Assembly (NCBI GenBank): GCA_951406725.2 | Contig: OX597821.1 | Span: 59,334,001 to 59,398,000 of the forward strand | Reading direction: 5' to 3' | From: Octopus vulgaris | Lineage: Eukaryota | DNA length: 64,000 nucleotides | Translations under genes and position numbers: made by a program | In this document: positions 51,501 through 64,000 of the stretch, one piece after another | Layout of the letters: each line of letters opens with the position of its first letter | Position numbering within the stretch: position 1 is the stretch's first letter | Notes under the pieces: model-generated | The model's input: the letters and a program-made list of their open reading frames with translations, nothing else | Databases searched by the model: none | What the model was told of the DNA's origin: nothing

Positions 51501-52833
51501 TTCTAAGTTCAAATGCCACCGGGGTTGACTTTGCCTTTCATCCTTTCAAGGTCGATAAACTAAGTACCAGTGGAGCATTGGGGTTGATGTAATCAACTTA
51601 CCCCATACCCTCAATTTGCTGGCCTTATGCCAAAATTTGAAACCAATATTCTCTTTAATTATTCCCAGGAGAATATATTTTTTATCTATGCCTTGTCATT
51701 TTTCATTTTCATTTTCTTTAGAAAACACACTAACAGAATTATACAGTATTTGAATCGTCCTACAAAAAAAACCATTGTAATTGTAGGATTTGTGAGCAAT
51801 TAATATATTTGTAATATAAGAATGGCAGAAGATGGTGAGCTGACAGCATTATTAGCACACTGGATAAAATGCTTAGCGGCATTTTGTCCATCTTTATGTG
51901 TTGTGTTCAAATTCTGCTGAGGTTGACTTTGCTTTTTATCCCTTCAGGGTCGAAAAACTAAGTACCAGTTGAACACTGGCGTTGATGCAATCAGCTAACC
52001 CCTCCCTCGAAATTGCTGGCCTTGTGCCAAAATTTGAATTCATTTCAAACCAATATATGAGTGGCAGAAACAGTAAAGTACCTACTAGCATATATTTCAT
52101 CTCTTAGCAAACCAAATTAAAATGCCAACTTCTAGAGTCGTTATAAGACGTACCAGTCATATACTGAGGTTGGCTTTACTTTGCTTTTAGAAATTTGTGG
52201 GCTTGTGCCAATACAAGCATTTATATTTGCATTAAAGGAACTTCAGTTTCCCATTTATTTGTACAGTAACTAAATTTACCATTCACAATTATATAGTTAC
52301 TGAAGTCCTGGCTTGCAGTAGATTAAAATGAAAATAAGGACTAGGTTCTTGTATATTAAATTATAATTTTGGTGACCTGTTGGTACTTTAGTGTTCCACT
52401 CTACATCATTGATACATGATATACCACATCATTACTATAAAGATAAATTCAGTTCACAACTACCCTCTTAATTCATCAAAACTGATAATAGAGGTCATGA
52501 GGTCTTGTGAACTTTGTAAAAAAAAATCCAGTTTTGATGTATCACTATTTTCTCCAGAGCATATGATTGTTACCTGATGATAGCAACTATTTCAATTTTC
52601 CTGTTGTTTTCTTTTCTGTGTGGAATTGGGTGAAATGCTTTTTTTTTCTTCTCTCTCAATCACATATTTTTTTTTTCATTGAACATCATTATTCATTATC
52701 AAATTTTCAAAATCTGTTGTTAAAAGATGAATTTGAAGTTTGTTGAATATAAATGAAGAAGAATATTAATCAAATCATTTTGTAAACCAATGTAATTTAG
52801 CCATCTACAGATAACGAGGTCTAAATATGATTG

Positions 52834-52864
<31 letters not shown>

Positions 52865-52900
52865 AATGTATATACATATATGAATATATATATATGTGTA

Positions 52901-53020
52901 TTCTTAAACAAGAATATTATTGACAGTGACTTCAAAGTTTGGGGCAGTGAAGCTGTTGTTAGATGATGGCTTAAATGGCTGAAACGTGAAGTCATTGTCA
53001 ATAGTATTCTTGTTTAAGAA
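52901..53020 (+). repeat. 34-bp inverted repeat with a 52-nt loop
   Basis: ttcttaaacaagaatattattgacagtgacttca / tgaagtcattgtcaatagtattcttgtttaagaa. Confidence 0.9.
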
Positions 53021-54252
53021 CAATAAATTTGTACTCTAAAAAAGTATAGAGTTACCTGTCAGATTATTGTCAAATTGTTTTTATTGTAACTGAAAACAAA
53101 AACAAACATTAACATATATCTGTACCTATATATCTATATGTATATATATATATCTATATATATATAAATATATCTATATGTATATATATATATGTATGTA
53201 TATACTTACACATATGCCCTTGAAATATGTTAAAAAGTAATAACTATTCTCTCTACGCACACTCAAATGACTGTTGGGCTATTTTGGTGGTATCATTATT
53301 GTAAACAAGAACACATTGATGAATTTAACCAGTTATTTATTCTGTGCAGCTTTCATCTCCTTAACTCATTCTGTTCACACAATTTCCTATTTGTTTTGCT
53401 GAATCCTATTCTCAAAGAATTCTCCTATTATTTGTTTCATCATACTTTCTTCATTTCCCCCCCCCCCCTCTTTTTTTTAAAGTTGGATGTCTTAATAATT
53501 GTAGTTGTAGTCGGGAGTTTAGTTTGAAATAGTCGAGTGGTTCAGTCGTGTAATAATAATAATGATAATAAAAAAAAAAAGCTTTTGATTTTAGTTTGAG
53601 TTGGTGTGACTTAAAAGACTTACCACAGCTGTTTTATGGCAGCACTGTACACAGACAGAGGGTTTAATGTTAAAGAGCCAGTGAGTCGTTAACCCAAATT
53701 TTGTATCTATTGTGATACAACAAAACTGGTAATATATTTGTTGACTGCCAATATGTTAAATTGTAATAGTGTTGAAAAAGAAAAAAAATCTTCACATTAT
53801 AAAAGAGACAAAAAAAAAATTAATTTCTTTTTAATCTTGCTTTTGACTTAAACCATTTACTTTACAGGCCCACAAACAATATCTGCTAGAAACTAAGGTC
53901 AAAATTACAATTTAATTTGCTTAGGCATTCCTTAGAATAATTTAGTTTCATTTTAGTCACACCTAAAACATTCCATTTGTATAAATACAACATTTTTAGT
54001 CTGTAAAATGTTTCCTAAACATTACAATATTTGTATTTCAATCATTCCATCATAGAAGTGTATTTGGCTTCAACCATTCCTTGGTCTAAATCAAAGAATT
54101 GACTTTGAACATTAAGCATGGTGTGAAAATAATTATAAAATCTTGACCATTCCATGATCCAAAATAAACATCAAATCTAGCAGGTAACACACATAGGAAT
54201 CATTGTTTGATTGGGCATAACCTGTACTCTTCTATCATTTATGCACACATAG

Positions 54253-54286
<34 letters not shown>

Positions 54287-57200
54287 GTATGTATATATGT
54301 GTGTGCATGTATGTATATACTTACACAACTGCTTTCGAATCTGGTTTAATAATGTACCATTTTAAAAGAAATCTACCATTCCTATATCTTATAAAAGATC
54401 ACTGCTGTCACCTTAACAATTTAGGTATTTCTTTAAATATTACAATCCAGTTTTTATTTGAGAAAAATTAAAGCAATAATTTTATTAGAATTAATAGTGA
54501 AAGAATAGATTGCTTTTTTTTTTCACTCAGTTATCAAAACTCTGTCTCTGTTGGTTCTTATGTGTTTGATAATATCTATTGAGATAGCAAGGAAAACATT
54601 TATTGAAAAAAAAACTCAATAAAATTATGAAAGAATTCCAAAATTGTTGAACTTAATAAATCCGACAGTCATGTTTTAATACTTGGATGGCTATTTTTCT
54701 TTATAATTTTGTACATTTTACAGTTGTGAAAAATGTTAGATCTTCTATGTTATCATTTCCTGAATAGCTTAAGGTTACCTTTCTATATTTTATTCTAGTT
54801 AAGTCTTAAAAAATAGCAAAAAATTTCTTCTTAAACTATGATATTTGGGTTTATTTTTCATATCTACTGCCATCTTTGTTAATGTGATAATGGTGTAGGG
54901 TGATGGAAAATGGTTTCAAATTATCATGTTGTTTCACCCCTCATCTGTTTTGTATGGGGAGATACTTAGTGTGCTTGCCCTGGCCTGCTGAACACTTACG
55001 TATCTTATCATTTGATCTATCCTATGTGTGCCTCTCTTTTCCAGAAATGTTCTTTACTCAAACATTTTCATGAACGGGTAAAAACCAAGAAAATATATTG
55101 TTATTAGGATAATCATAGTTACAGATGGAATATCTAAGCTGTTATAAAATTTTTTAAAAATCAAAAAAAAAAAAAAACCAAGAACTTAATCTCATCTTCA
55201 GAACCAAATAAAAATTATGCTTATTTGAATAAATTTTCACATTTTCTCAAATCATGGTTTGTAGTTATGAACAAGATGCACACACATGTTATAAAATTTT
55301 AGTTTTAGTTCATATAATAATATTTGAATCATGCTAAGAATTGAAGAACAAAAATAAAATTATGTAATTAACCAGTTTTAATTCTGAAACTATTTAGATA
55401 TTTGCATTTTAAGTTTAGGGCATCTTTTTGATAGAAGTTTGTAGGCTGTGAAAAAAAAAAAAAAAGTTGTTTTATTAATCTGCTTCTGGTATCTACAAAA
55501 TGCTTGAGGTTTTTTTAACAAAATTTTTTTCATTAGTACTTTGCTTCATTGCCTGTTATATCAATCTATGGCTTTGATGTCTCCATAACTGAAGTTACTG
55601 GCATGCAATGTCTCATACTCTTTACTGAGAGAAAGAACTTTGTGTTGTGTTTAAATCTAAAAAAAAAAAGAAAAAAAAAAATTTTTTTTTACCTTCATGA
55701 AAAGCAATGCAATCTCCGGAGTTCATTTTTTTCTTTAAAAATGGTTGGAATTTCTTCCTCTTGTTACCTAATGATTGGAGCTTTTTTTTTTTTCTTTTGG
55801 TTTTAGGAGATCTGCTCTATATTCCTATTTGTGCAGCACATACATATCTTTTTACTGGATCCTAGTGTCTGCCAGTAATCTTATGTTCGCCCCAAGAATT
55901 TATCATCTGTATCTGGTGTCTCTAAGCTTGATAAAGTTTGGTGTGCGACACTGTTTGTTATATTCTTAGGTTGAATTCTTAAAGAAAAAAAAAAAGAAAA
56001 TGGTTCAAAATAATTTCTTTCAATAAAACAATAAAAAGAATACAAACAGTATTTCTTTTTTTTTTTAAGTTTTGTCTCCATTTGCTGTAATTGTTAGGAC
56101 TGCTCTGATAGTTTTATTAAAAAAAAGTTACTGGGTTTAGACATTAATATCACTTTTTACACAGAGTTTTTCATATTTCTAAAAAAAAAATCAACAAAAA
56201 TGTTTTTAATTATTATCTTTTTGTCTTTTTGATTACTTCATTGGACTATTTATAATGACAGAAAACTGTCTTTATTTTAAACTAGTGGAAACTAAAACTT
56301 TTTGGATTGTTTCCTTTGTTAAACATTTGTGTCTATCTTATTCTGTGGAAACACAGCCCTTTCTGGCTAAAATATTAATGCCAGCATTTAAGCAATACCT
56401 GCTTTAAATTGCTAACGGGAAATATAACTTGATGATAAAATGTATTTTGACTTTTTGAAAGTCATTTTTTTTCTCATTAACATTTTTTCCTTATTAGTTA
56501 TTAACAAAGCATATAAATTACTTTGGAGTCTTGATAACAAAGAGATTTTGCGAACCTACTCTAAATGTTGTCAGTTTTTTTGTTTTTTTTTTTGTTATTG
56601 TTATATTAAAATGTCTAAGCTATCTCCCAAAAGTTTAGACAGGCAATGGTATTTGTATTTTTCTGTGGTTTTAGTAAACTATTCATTTTACTACTATAAA
56701 TTCATGCACGCACATCTCCATTTATTTAACTAATTCTGGAGCGTGTATACATTATATACACCAGTACGCATTTATATGTTAAATTTTTTAAGTGTTTCAA
56801 ACTGAAAAATGTTTTGTGTGATTTGGTGCAACTAATTTTATTACAGCTTCTTTTCCTTATACAAATGGTACTTGAAAATGTTTTTTTTTTCTTTTTCTAT
56901 GTCTCCCTTTACTTGGACAGTAAAATGTTTTTATTATAACTACTTTTGTTTGTTCCAGGTCTAACAAATCCCTTTTATCATCTTTGTAGTTACCATCTAA
57001 TGTTGGTTACATTTTAGTTCTTCAACTGGGTTGCAACTTGCAAACCATACCATTATTCATTCAGTACTACTCCAAACAGAAATCCGTTCCAATGTCCGGC
57101 AAAGACTGGATGGTGCCAGTTCTGCCATATTTCCATTCCTGAAAGCAGAATCCGACCAATTTATGATACTTGTTAACTTTATTTTTTGTCTGTTGATGTT

Positions 57201-60200
57201 ATCCTTGGAAAAAAAAAAAGAGAAAAAATCTGGTCTGAATAGTTACCATTAGTTACTGCTGAATACCTAACGCATTGACTGCATTTTGTACCAACTTTTA
57301 GTAACAAACTACAACAAACAAAATCAGAAAACCAACCAACCAACCAACCAATCCTTTCTAAGTGTATTTAGTCACTGTTTTTTTTTTTTTAATTTGTTAT
57401 ATTCCTTGATCATTGATTACTAAAAGCACTAGTTGTGTATGTTTCTATATTATTGTTGTTGTTGTTAAAAAAGATGAATTTTAAAATGTGGACTTGTTTT
57501 TTTCTTTCCTTTTTTTTTGTCCTTTTAATACTTCATTTGGTTTTGGGTTTATATAACTGTCAACTTAATTCTTCAGCCAAACTATCAACGCTTTTAAAAT
57601 CAGTTCCTTGGACAACCTGTTGACTCATTTCTATAGCCATCCCGTTGACGTTATTTCCTGTCGATGTTGCTATAGAATCTATATCACAGTATTATAAATT
57701 TGGGATTCATTAAAACGACAGTTTTTCTGTTTTTTTTTTTTTAAACCCTGGAAGGTATTTGTTATCATTCATGTTACCCTGCAGTTTTGACAGTTCCAGT
57801 AACTGTCTCAGCAGTTCTGCTACTCCTGACAGTCAAGGAACATATTTTCACACATAAATGATTTGCTTTTGAAAATTTGTTGATTTTATTACAAAACAGT
57901 ATTGTTTGAATAGAGATATATTTCTGATGCTGTAGCCAAGATATATTAACTCTTTAAACAGATATATTACTATTCAAGCATTATTGTTTGCAACAAAAAT
58001 TCAGCTATACATATATATATATATGTATACATACATATATATAATAAATTCATCTGCGAAAGCAAAGTTTTGTTTTTAATATCACTTATATTTTAACATT
58101 ATTTGTTGATATTAGTTTTTTTAAAACTTAGAATTAGCTTATACATCTTGTATATCAGTGTATCGGAAGGAATTCAAACCTTAAAACTTTTACCCCTGAA
58201 TCAGGGGTCATCATGGTTTGGAGTGTCATTAATAGCAATGGGGACCAAACATGCTTGGGAAGCTGGATTAATGTTAAGGTTATATATTAATATAAAATAA
58301 ATCTAGCTTCAGGTATCTACCACTGACAAGGTCAAGGAAGGCTGAAGTCACATGTTGTGGCAGTGATAGAAAAGATTATCTCCTGCTAGCAATATAAACA
58401 TGAGTGTTTATATGCATCACAAGTCCATATGAGAGTTTCGTAGTAAATATTGCAGTATTCCGTGTTCTAACACAACATCGTATTGTAAGTAGGGATAAAC
58501 ATTACCTTTTGGTATTGATACTGCTTCTATTGTTATTAATTATATACCTTCAGATAAAGAGCACATCAATCACAGAGGTGTTAAACTCTGCCACATACAC
58601 ACACCTCCAAGCCTCTGTATCAAGAGCGAAATATTGCCAGGTAGTCTTTTTTTATTTTAAAAGGAAATTCTGAGGTTGTCTTATATACCCAGCCAGCATA
58701 TATTGTAGGTGTGTGAGTTCATACAAACACACCATTTATTCCATCTTAGGTGGAATAAAGCAGGGTTATAGGATTACCATTTAACTGATGAAAAAACTTT
58801 TATATTGCATTTATGGATGCTTAAGTAGAACTTTAATTATGTTAAGCTCCCTGATCTTGGAGGGTCTACAAAGATCATTGGTACTGCTTCTTCCTCCAGA
58901 TTTAGTAAGTAAAAAGAAGAAACACATTTTGGATGTAGGGAGGAGTCTTAAAAGTAAAATAACAAAACAATGAAGAGAGCTTCTTACAATGAAAAAAGGG
59001 AAATTTTTCGCAACATATATTTCAGGCACAAAGGCCCATGATCAGATCCAGATGATAGTTATGCAGACTGACCCTGCAGTGTCTGTAAGTCGTGGTGGCA
59101 CCAATGGGCAAGTGTTGTAGCAGCAACAACTCAGAGGTCAAATTGGAGTCAGCCATGGATGGTTAGTTGTTGGCTGGAAGTAGTTTTGGTGAAGGCAACT
59201 GCCTACATTGATACTAGTGGTGATGCTAGATGTAATAGTAGTAGTAGTAGTAGTAGTAGTAGTTGGTGTCATGGTGCTGGAACAGGTAAAAGTATTTAGA
59301 TTCAGTCTCACAAGGCTCTAATTTTGAAGTTCACTCATCTGTGAACTTTTGACTGACTTATTCATATGCAGTAGGAATAGTTGTTTACCTGCTAAGAAAA
59401 TGTTCAAATTCACTAATATCAATATTAACAAGAGCATGAACCTCCACCAAAGCAACACCAATGTCCTCTCAATGATTAGCTGGAGATGACCTTTAAAATG
59501 AGAATATCTGAAATAAACTTGACTGCTCTTACAAACAAGAATACTAAAAATGAACCCAACTGCTCCCAAAACTTAAATTTAAAAACAGGAAAAATAATCC
59601 AGAATTCTTGTCCAGTACAGGATCAATTCCAAAATCTAATCAGTTCATGCCAGTCATGAGGCCAAACATCCCTGAAAGTTTCATCTGAATCCATCCAGTG
59701 GTTCTTGAGATATCTTGTCCACAAATAAACAAACACAACTGAAAACAATACCTCCGCCTTCACTAAGGCAGAGGTAATAAAGTTTATATACCAACCAATA
59801 ACAAAATCAGGTTATGTTCCTCCTTTATCAAAGAGGATGGAAACAACTAAAAAAATACCAATTCCTTCAACTATTTTAGGGATTGTCATTCTCCAAAGAG
59901 GAAATCTTTATGATATAACGTAGGCAAAGACTGCTTTTCTGTCATTATCAACTGACATGGAATAGTTATCATATGGCTCTGGTTACAAAAATCGTTGCCT
60001 GAACACTCATCTTGATCATGCTTTTGTCAGAGACCAAAAGCTACAACACCTACAACCATCACATTCAAGTGATTGTTCATAGCTTGAACATAATAGTTTC
60101 ATACCTAATTCCAGCTGACAGTTGGCTGTTCCTCTCTACTATAGAGAACTACAACCCATTATCATTATTTACTGTCCACTTCCAAGAAAATACAAACATA

Positions 60201-60479
60201 TACACTCACACACATGCATACATATACAGCAGGCTTTCAGTTTTCATTTACCAAATTCACAGACAAGGCTTTAGTTGGTCCAGGACTATAGTTGAAGATA
60301 TTTGTCCAAGGTGTCAAGCAGTGGGATTGAACCAGAATCCATGTGATTGGGAAGTAAACTTCTTAGCTACATAGCCACACCTATGCCTTTAGACTGACTC
60401 AAAAATATTTCTTTCAAATCACAGATTTGTTTTTGATTGAGTTAATTTTTATATCATTTTTTTTTAAATTCCATTTTGT

Positions 60480-60970
60480 GACCCCTCATTCATTGGACAA
60501 TGAACTTTGCTTGTGAAGACCTATTGAGGCAAGTGTAAACAAATCAAAATTGCTGACGTGGCTGATGACAATAACGCCTGATTAGCACTTGTGCCAATGG
60601 AACATTAAAAGCACATCTGAGCGTGATCATTGCCAGGGCCACAGATTGTCTCCTGTACTGGTGGTACGTGAACAACACCATTCGAGTGTGATTGTTGCCA
60701 GAGTCACCCTACCAGCACATATGCCAGTTGCACTTGAAAAACAACAGTTGAGCGTGGTCGTTGCCAGTGCTGCTGGACTGGCCCTTGTGCCGATGTCATG
60801 TAAAAGCACCCACTACACTCTCGAAGTGGTTGGCATTAGGAAGGGTATCCGGATGTAGAAACTTTGCCAGATCAGGTTGAGCCTGGTTCAGCCTGTGGCT
60901 CACCAGTCTTCAGTCAAACAGTCCAACCCATGCCAGCATGGAAAGCGGACATTAAACAATGATGATGATG
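60480..60970 (+). mobile_element. RTE 3'-UTR-only copy
   Basis: Same 3' UTR and GAT tail; similar short copies at ~9050-9250, 15795-15990, 20500-20935 and 43010-43210 (+). Confidence 0.75.
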
Positions 60971-61254
60971 TTAGGTCTGTCTAGAAGGCTCAGGGTAATA
61001 GTTTTATTACATTGGATTATTAACCTCACTTTGTGATGCTTTTTAGTTCTATCTCATCTCTGATTATCATATCAGCTTGAACTTGTAACTCTAGTTAGCT
61101 TGAACTTGTAACTCTAGTTATTACTTTGAAGAAGATAACAGATCCAAAAATCATAAGCTAGAGAACCAAATCAGCAATATAAGAAGTAATGTTAAAATTT
61201 TAAGGATCATCACTGGCTTTTACATTTTTTTTTTATGATCCTTTAGTGTGATAT

Positions 61255-61735
61255 TCATCATCATCATCATTTAACGACCGCTTTCCATGCTAGCATAGGT
61301 TGGATGATTTGAATGAGGACTGGCGAACCAGATGGCGGCACCAGGCACCAATCTGATCTGGTAGAGTTTCTACAGCTGGATGCCCTTCCTAATGCCAGCC
61401 ACTCCAAGAGTGTAGTGGGTGCTTTTATGTGCCACCGGCACAAGGGACAGTCAGGCGGTACTGGCAATGGCCATGCTCAAATGGTGTTTTACACGTACCA
61501 CCTGTACAGAAGCCAGTCCAGCAGTACTGGCAATGACCTCGCTTGAATGCTTTTCACGTGCTACCAGCACTAGTGACAGTAAGGTGACACTGGTAATGAT
61601 CATGTTCGAATGGTGCTTTTTACGTGCCACTGGCACGGAAGCCAGTTAGCTGCTCTGGCAACAATCACGCTCAGATGGTGCTCTTAGCGCTCCACTAGCA
61701 CAGATGCCAGTCATTGAATTTGATTTCGATTTCAA
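61255..61735 (-). mobile_element. RTE 3'-UTR-only copy (reverse)
   Basis: Begins with a catcatcat tail on +; similar reverse copies at ~3398-3790, 40470-40585, 43790-44050 and 62290-62480. Confidence 0.75.
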
Positions 61736-62753
61736 TAAGTTTGTTAAATAGTTATGGATAAATAAGAACAGCTGGTGGGCTACAGCTTACTTTCATAATG
61801 GCCACATTAATACTCTTTTCTACTCTAGACAGAAAGCCTGAAATTTTTTGGGAGGGGGCCAATCAATTAGATCAACCCCAGTACACAATTGGTACTTAAT
61901 TTATTGACCCTAAAAGGATGAAAGGCAAAGCCGACCTTGGCAGAATTTGAACTCAGAACATAAAGACAGACGAAATACCTATTTCTTTATTACTCACAAG
62001 GGGCTAAATATAGAGGGGACAGACATAGGTATTAAGTCGATTACATCGACCCCAGTGTGTAACTAGTACTTAATTTATTGACCCTGAAAGGCAAAGTCAA
62101 CCTTGGTGGAATTTGAACTCAGAACGTAACGGAAGACGAAATACCGCTAAGCATTTCACCTGGCATGCTAATGTTTCTGCCAACTCACCACCTTAATAAT
62201 AATATTGTACTAGTTCTCATAAGGCAGTGAGCCAGAAGGATCGTTAGCATGTCAGGGAAATTGCTTATTGGCATTTTGTCTATCTTTACATTCATCATCA
62301 TTTAACGTTCATTGTCCATGCTGGCATGGGTTGGACAGTTTGATCAAAGCTGGCAAGCTAGGGAGTTGCACTGGACTCCAGTCTGATTTGCCATGGTTTC
62401 TACGGTTGGATGCCCTTCCTAACAACAACCACTTTACAGAGTGTGCTGGGTGCTTTTGCGTGGCACCACATGGGTGCTTTTACATGTTGCCATATGGATG
62501 CATTTACACCACCAGAAGGATTGGTCTTAACACTTCTGCTGCAGAGTACAGGTCTTCTTGAGTTCAAATTATTCGAATGGTAGACTTTGTCTTTCATCCT
62601 TTCAGGTTTGAAGAAATAAGTAGCAGTTGAATACAAGAGCCAATGTATTCAACGTAACCCCTCCCTTCAAAATTTCTGACCTTGTGCCAAAATTTGAAAC
62701 CAATATTGTATTAGCTCTCATTAATTTTTATTATCCTGCAACATTTGATTTTA

Positions 62754-63320
62754 TTGGGTTGTCCGGAAAGTTTGTGCCGATTTTTAAAGGAAAGAAAAAG
62801 GTCAATAAATATTTGCCATTACATTTTTAATCAACCAAATATGAGCCATTTTGTTGCACAGTGCATCTCCATCTTTTCTTTAACTTGAAAATACCCTCTT
62901 CTCAGAATTGAGGTGGTTTCATGGCAAAGAATTCATCAAGGTATCTTTTTATGTCATCCAAGGAATTAAAATTTTTACCATTAAGACTATTCTGCAGAGA
63001 CCTGAATAAGTAAGTGGAAATCTGAAGGAGCAATATCTGGTGAATCTGGAGGATGGGGTAACACATTTCAGCCAAGCTGCAGCAATTTTTGTCTGGTTCC
63101 CAAAGCATCAAGTGCTGAAAATAAACTTTATCTTCCATTTTAAAGGGTTACAGAATAAACACAGGTTATAGGAACATAAACCTTCTTCCACGAAAAGATA
63201 GCTTAAACTGTGCTCTAAATGGACGTGTAGTCAAATCCTATTTTATGGACTCAACCATGTTCTAAAATAAGTTGAAACATAAGCTACTATAAATCAGCAC
63301 AAACTTTCTGGACAACCAAA
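62754..63320 (-). mobile_element. internally deleted mariner
   Basis: TIRs ttgggttgtccggaaagtttgtgc / gcacaaactttctggacaaccaaa with TA flanks; YLFRSLQNSLNGKNFNSLDDIKRYLDEFF on minus. Confidence 0.82.
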
Positions 63321-64000
63321 TACATGTATACAACAGTTGAATAAATAGAACAGCTTTCAAGAGATAACTAGAAAAAGTACAAATTTCCACTGCATAATAT
63401 GCTAAATAATAGTATAATGACAACTCATAATTATCAAGAACAAATTAAGTAGACAGAATGAGAACACCTTATCACAAATCTGACTGACATAACTTTGAGT
63501 AGAACCTCAGGTCGTCCTATGTAGAACAACAAAAAAAAAATAAATAAAAACATCTGTCATGGAACTGAGTGACATAGTTCCTTGAAGCACCAGGGGTCAT
63601 TTTGTTTCATCATCATCATTTAACATCCACTTTGCTATGCTGGCATGGGTCAGATGTAATTCATAGAGGATGCACTTTCTGTTGCCAAACCTCACTTGTT
63701 TCCAAGTAAGGAAAAATTTTCCCACAGCCACAGACGTTTCCCACAGAAGAACAGAAATGAACAACATTACTTGTATGATGGTGAGGCTTGTTTACAGCCA
63801 TGAAATGGTGTTTAATCAAGAGTGCACACACGCGCACACACACACACACACACACATACACAACACTCACATATATCTACTTACCACGTAGCAACACCCA
63901 TGAATTTATGCCCCTGCACCATTTAAACCAGTGGTTCCAAACTAGGGTCCATGTGGCCCTTAGGGGTCCTCACAAGATTTTGTTAAAATTTATGTGTAAT

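Noticed and set aside
57031-57252. Short ORFs, including a CxxC-containing frame
   Set aside because: No full zinc-finger pattern or consistent splice partners; likely chance in UTR-like DNA

Overview
AT-rich, intron- and repeat-rich animal DNA, most likely an octopus or other coleoid cephalopod (inferred from the SINE, RTE and mariner repeats; not proven). Three protein-coding genes were assembled by hand from splice signals. (1) A BTBD8-like two-BTB-domain gene on +, with 11 exons at 324-23090 and its 5' end probably outside the window. (2) A complete LAMTOR3/MP1 gene on -, with 6 coding exons from 46123 down to 30169 (124 aa), seen only as fragments in the ORF track. (3) An intronless 493-aa ORF at 46570-48051 (+) matching the C-terminal DZF half of ZFR without its zinc fingers, head-to-head with LAMTOR3 and followed by about 10 kb of repeat-poor, U-rich sequence. 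The rest is tRNA-derived SINEs, RTE and CR1 LINE fragments, mariner and hAT relics, a Helitron carrying a piggyBac fragment and a 116-bp tandem array, and several fold-back elements, some with hammerhead-ribozyme-like cores. The best candidates for something new are the DZF-only ZFR retrogene (a family linked to ADAR regulation) and the hammerhead-bearing fold-back retroelements. All family assignments rest on recalled motifs; no database search was run.
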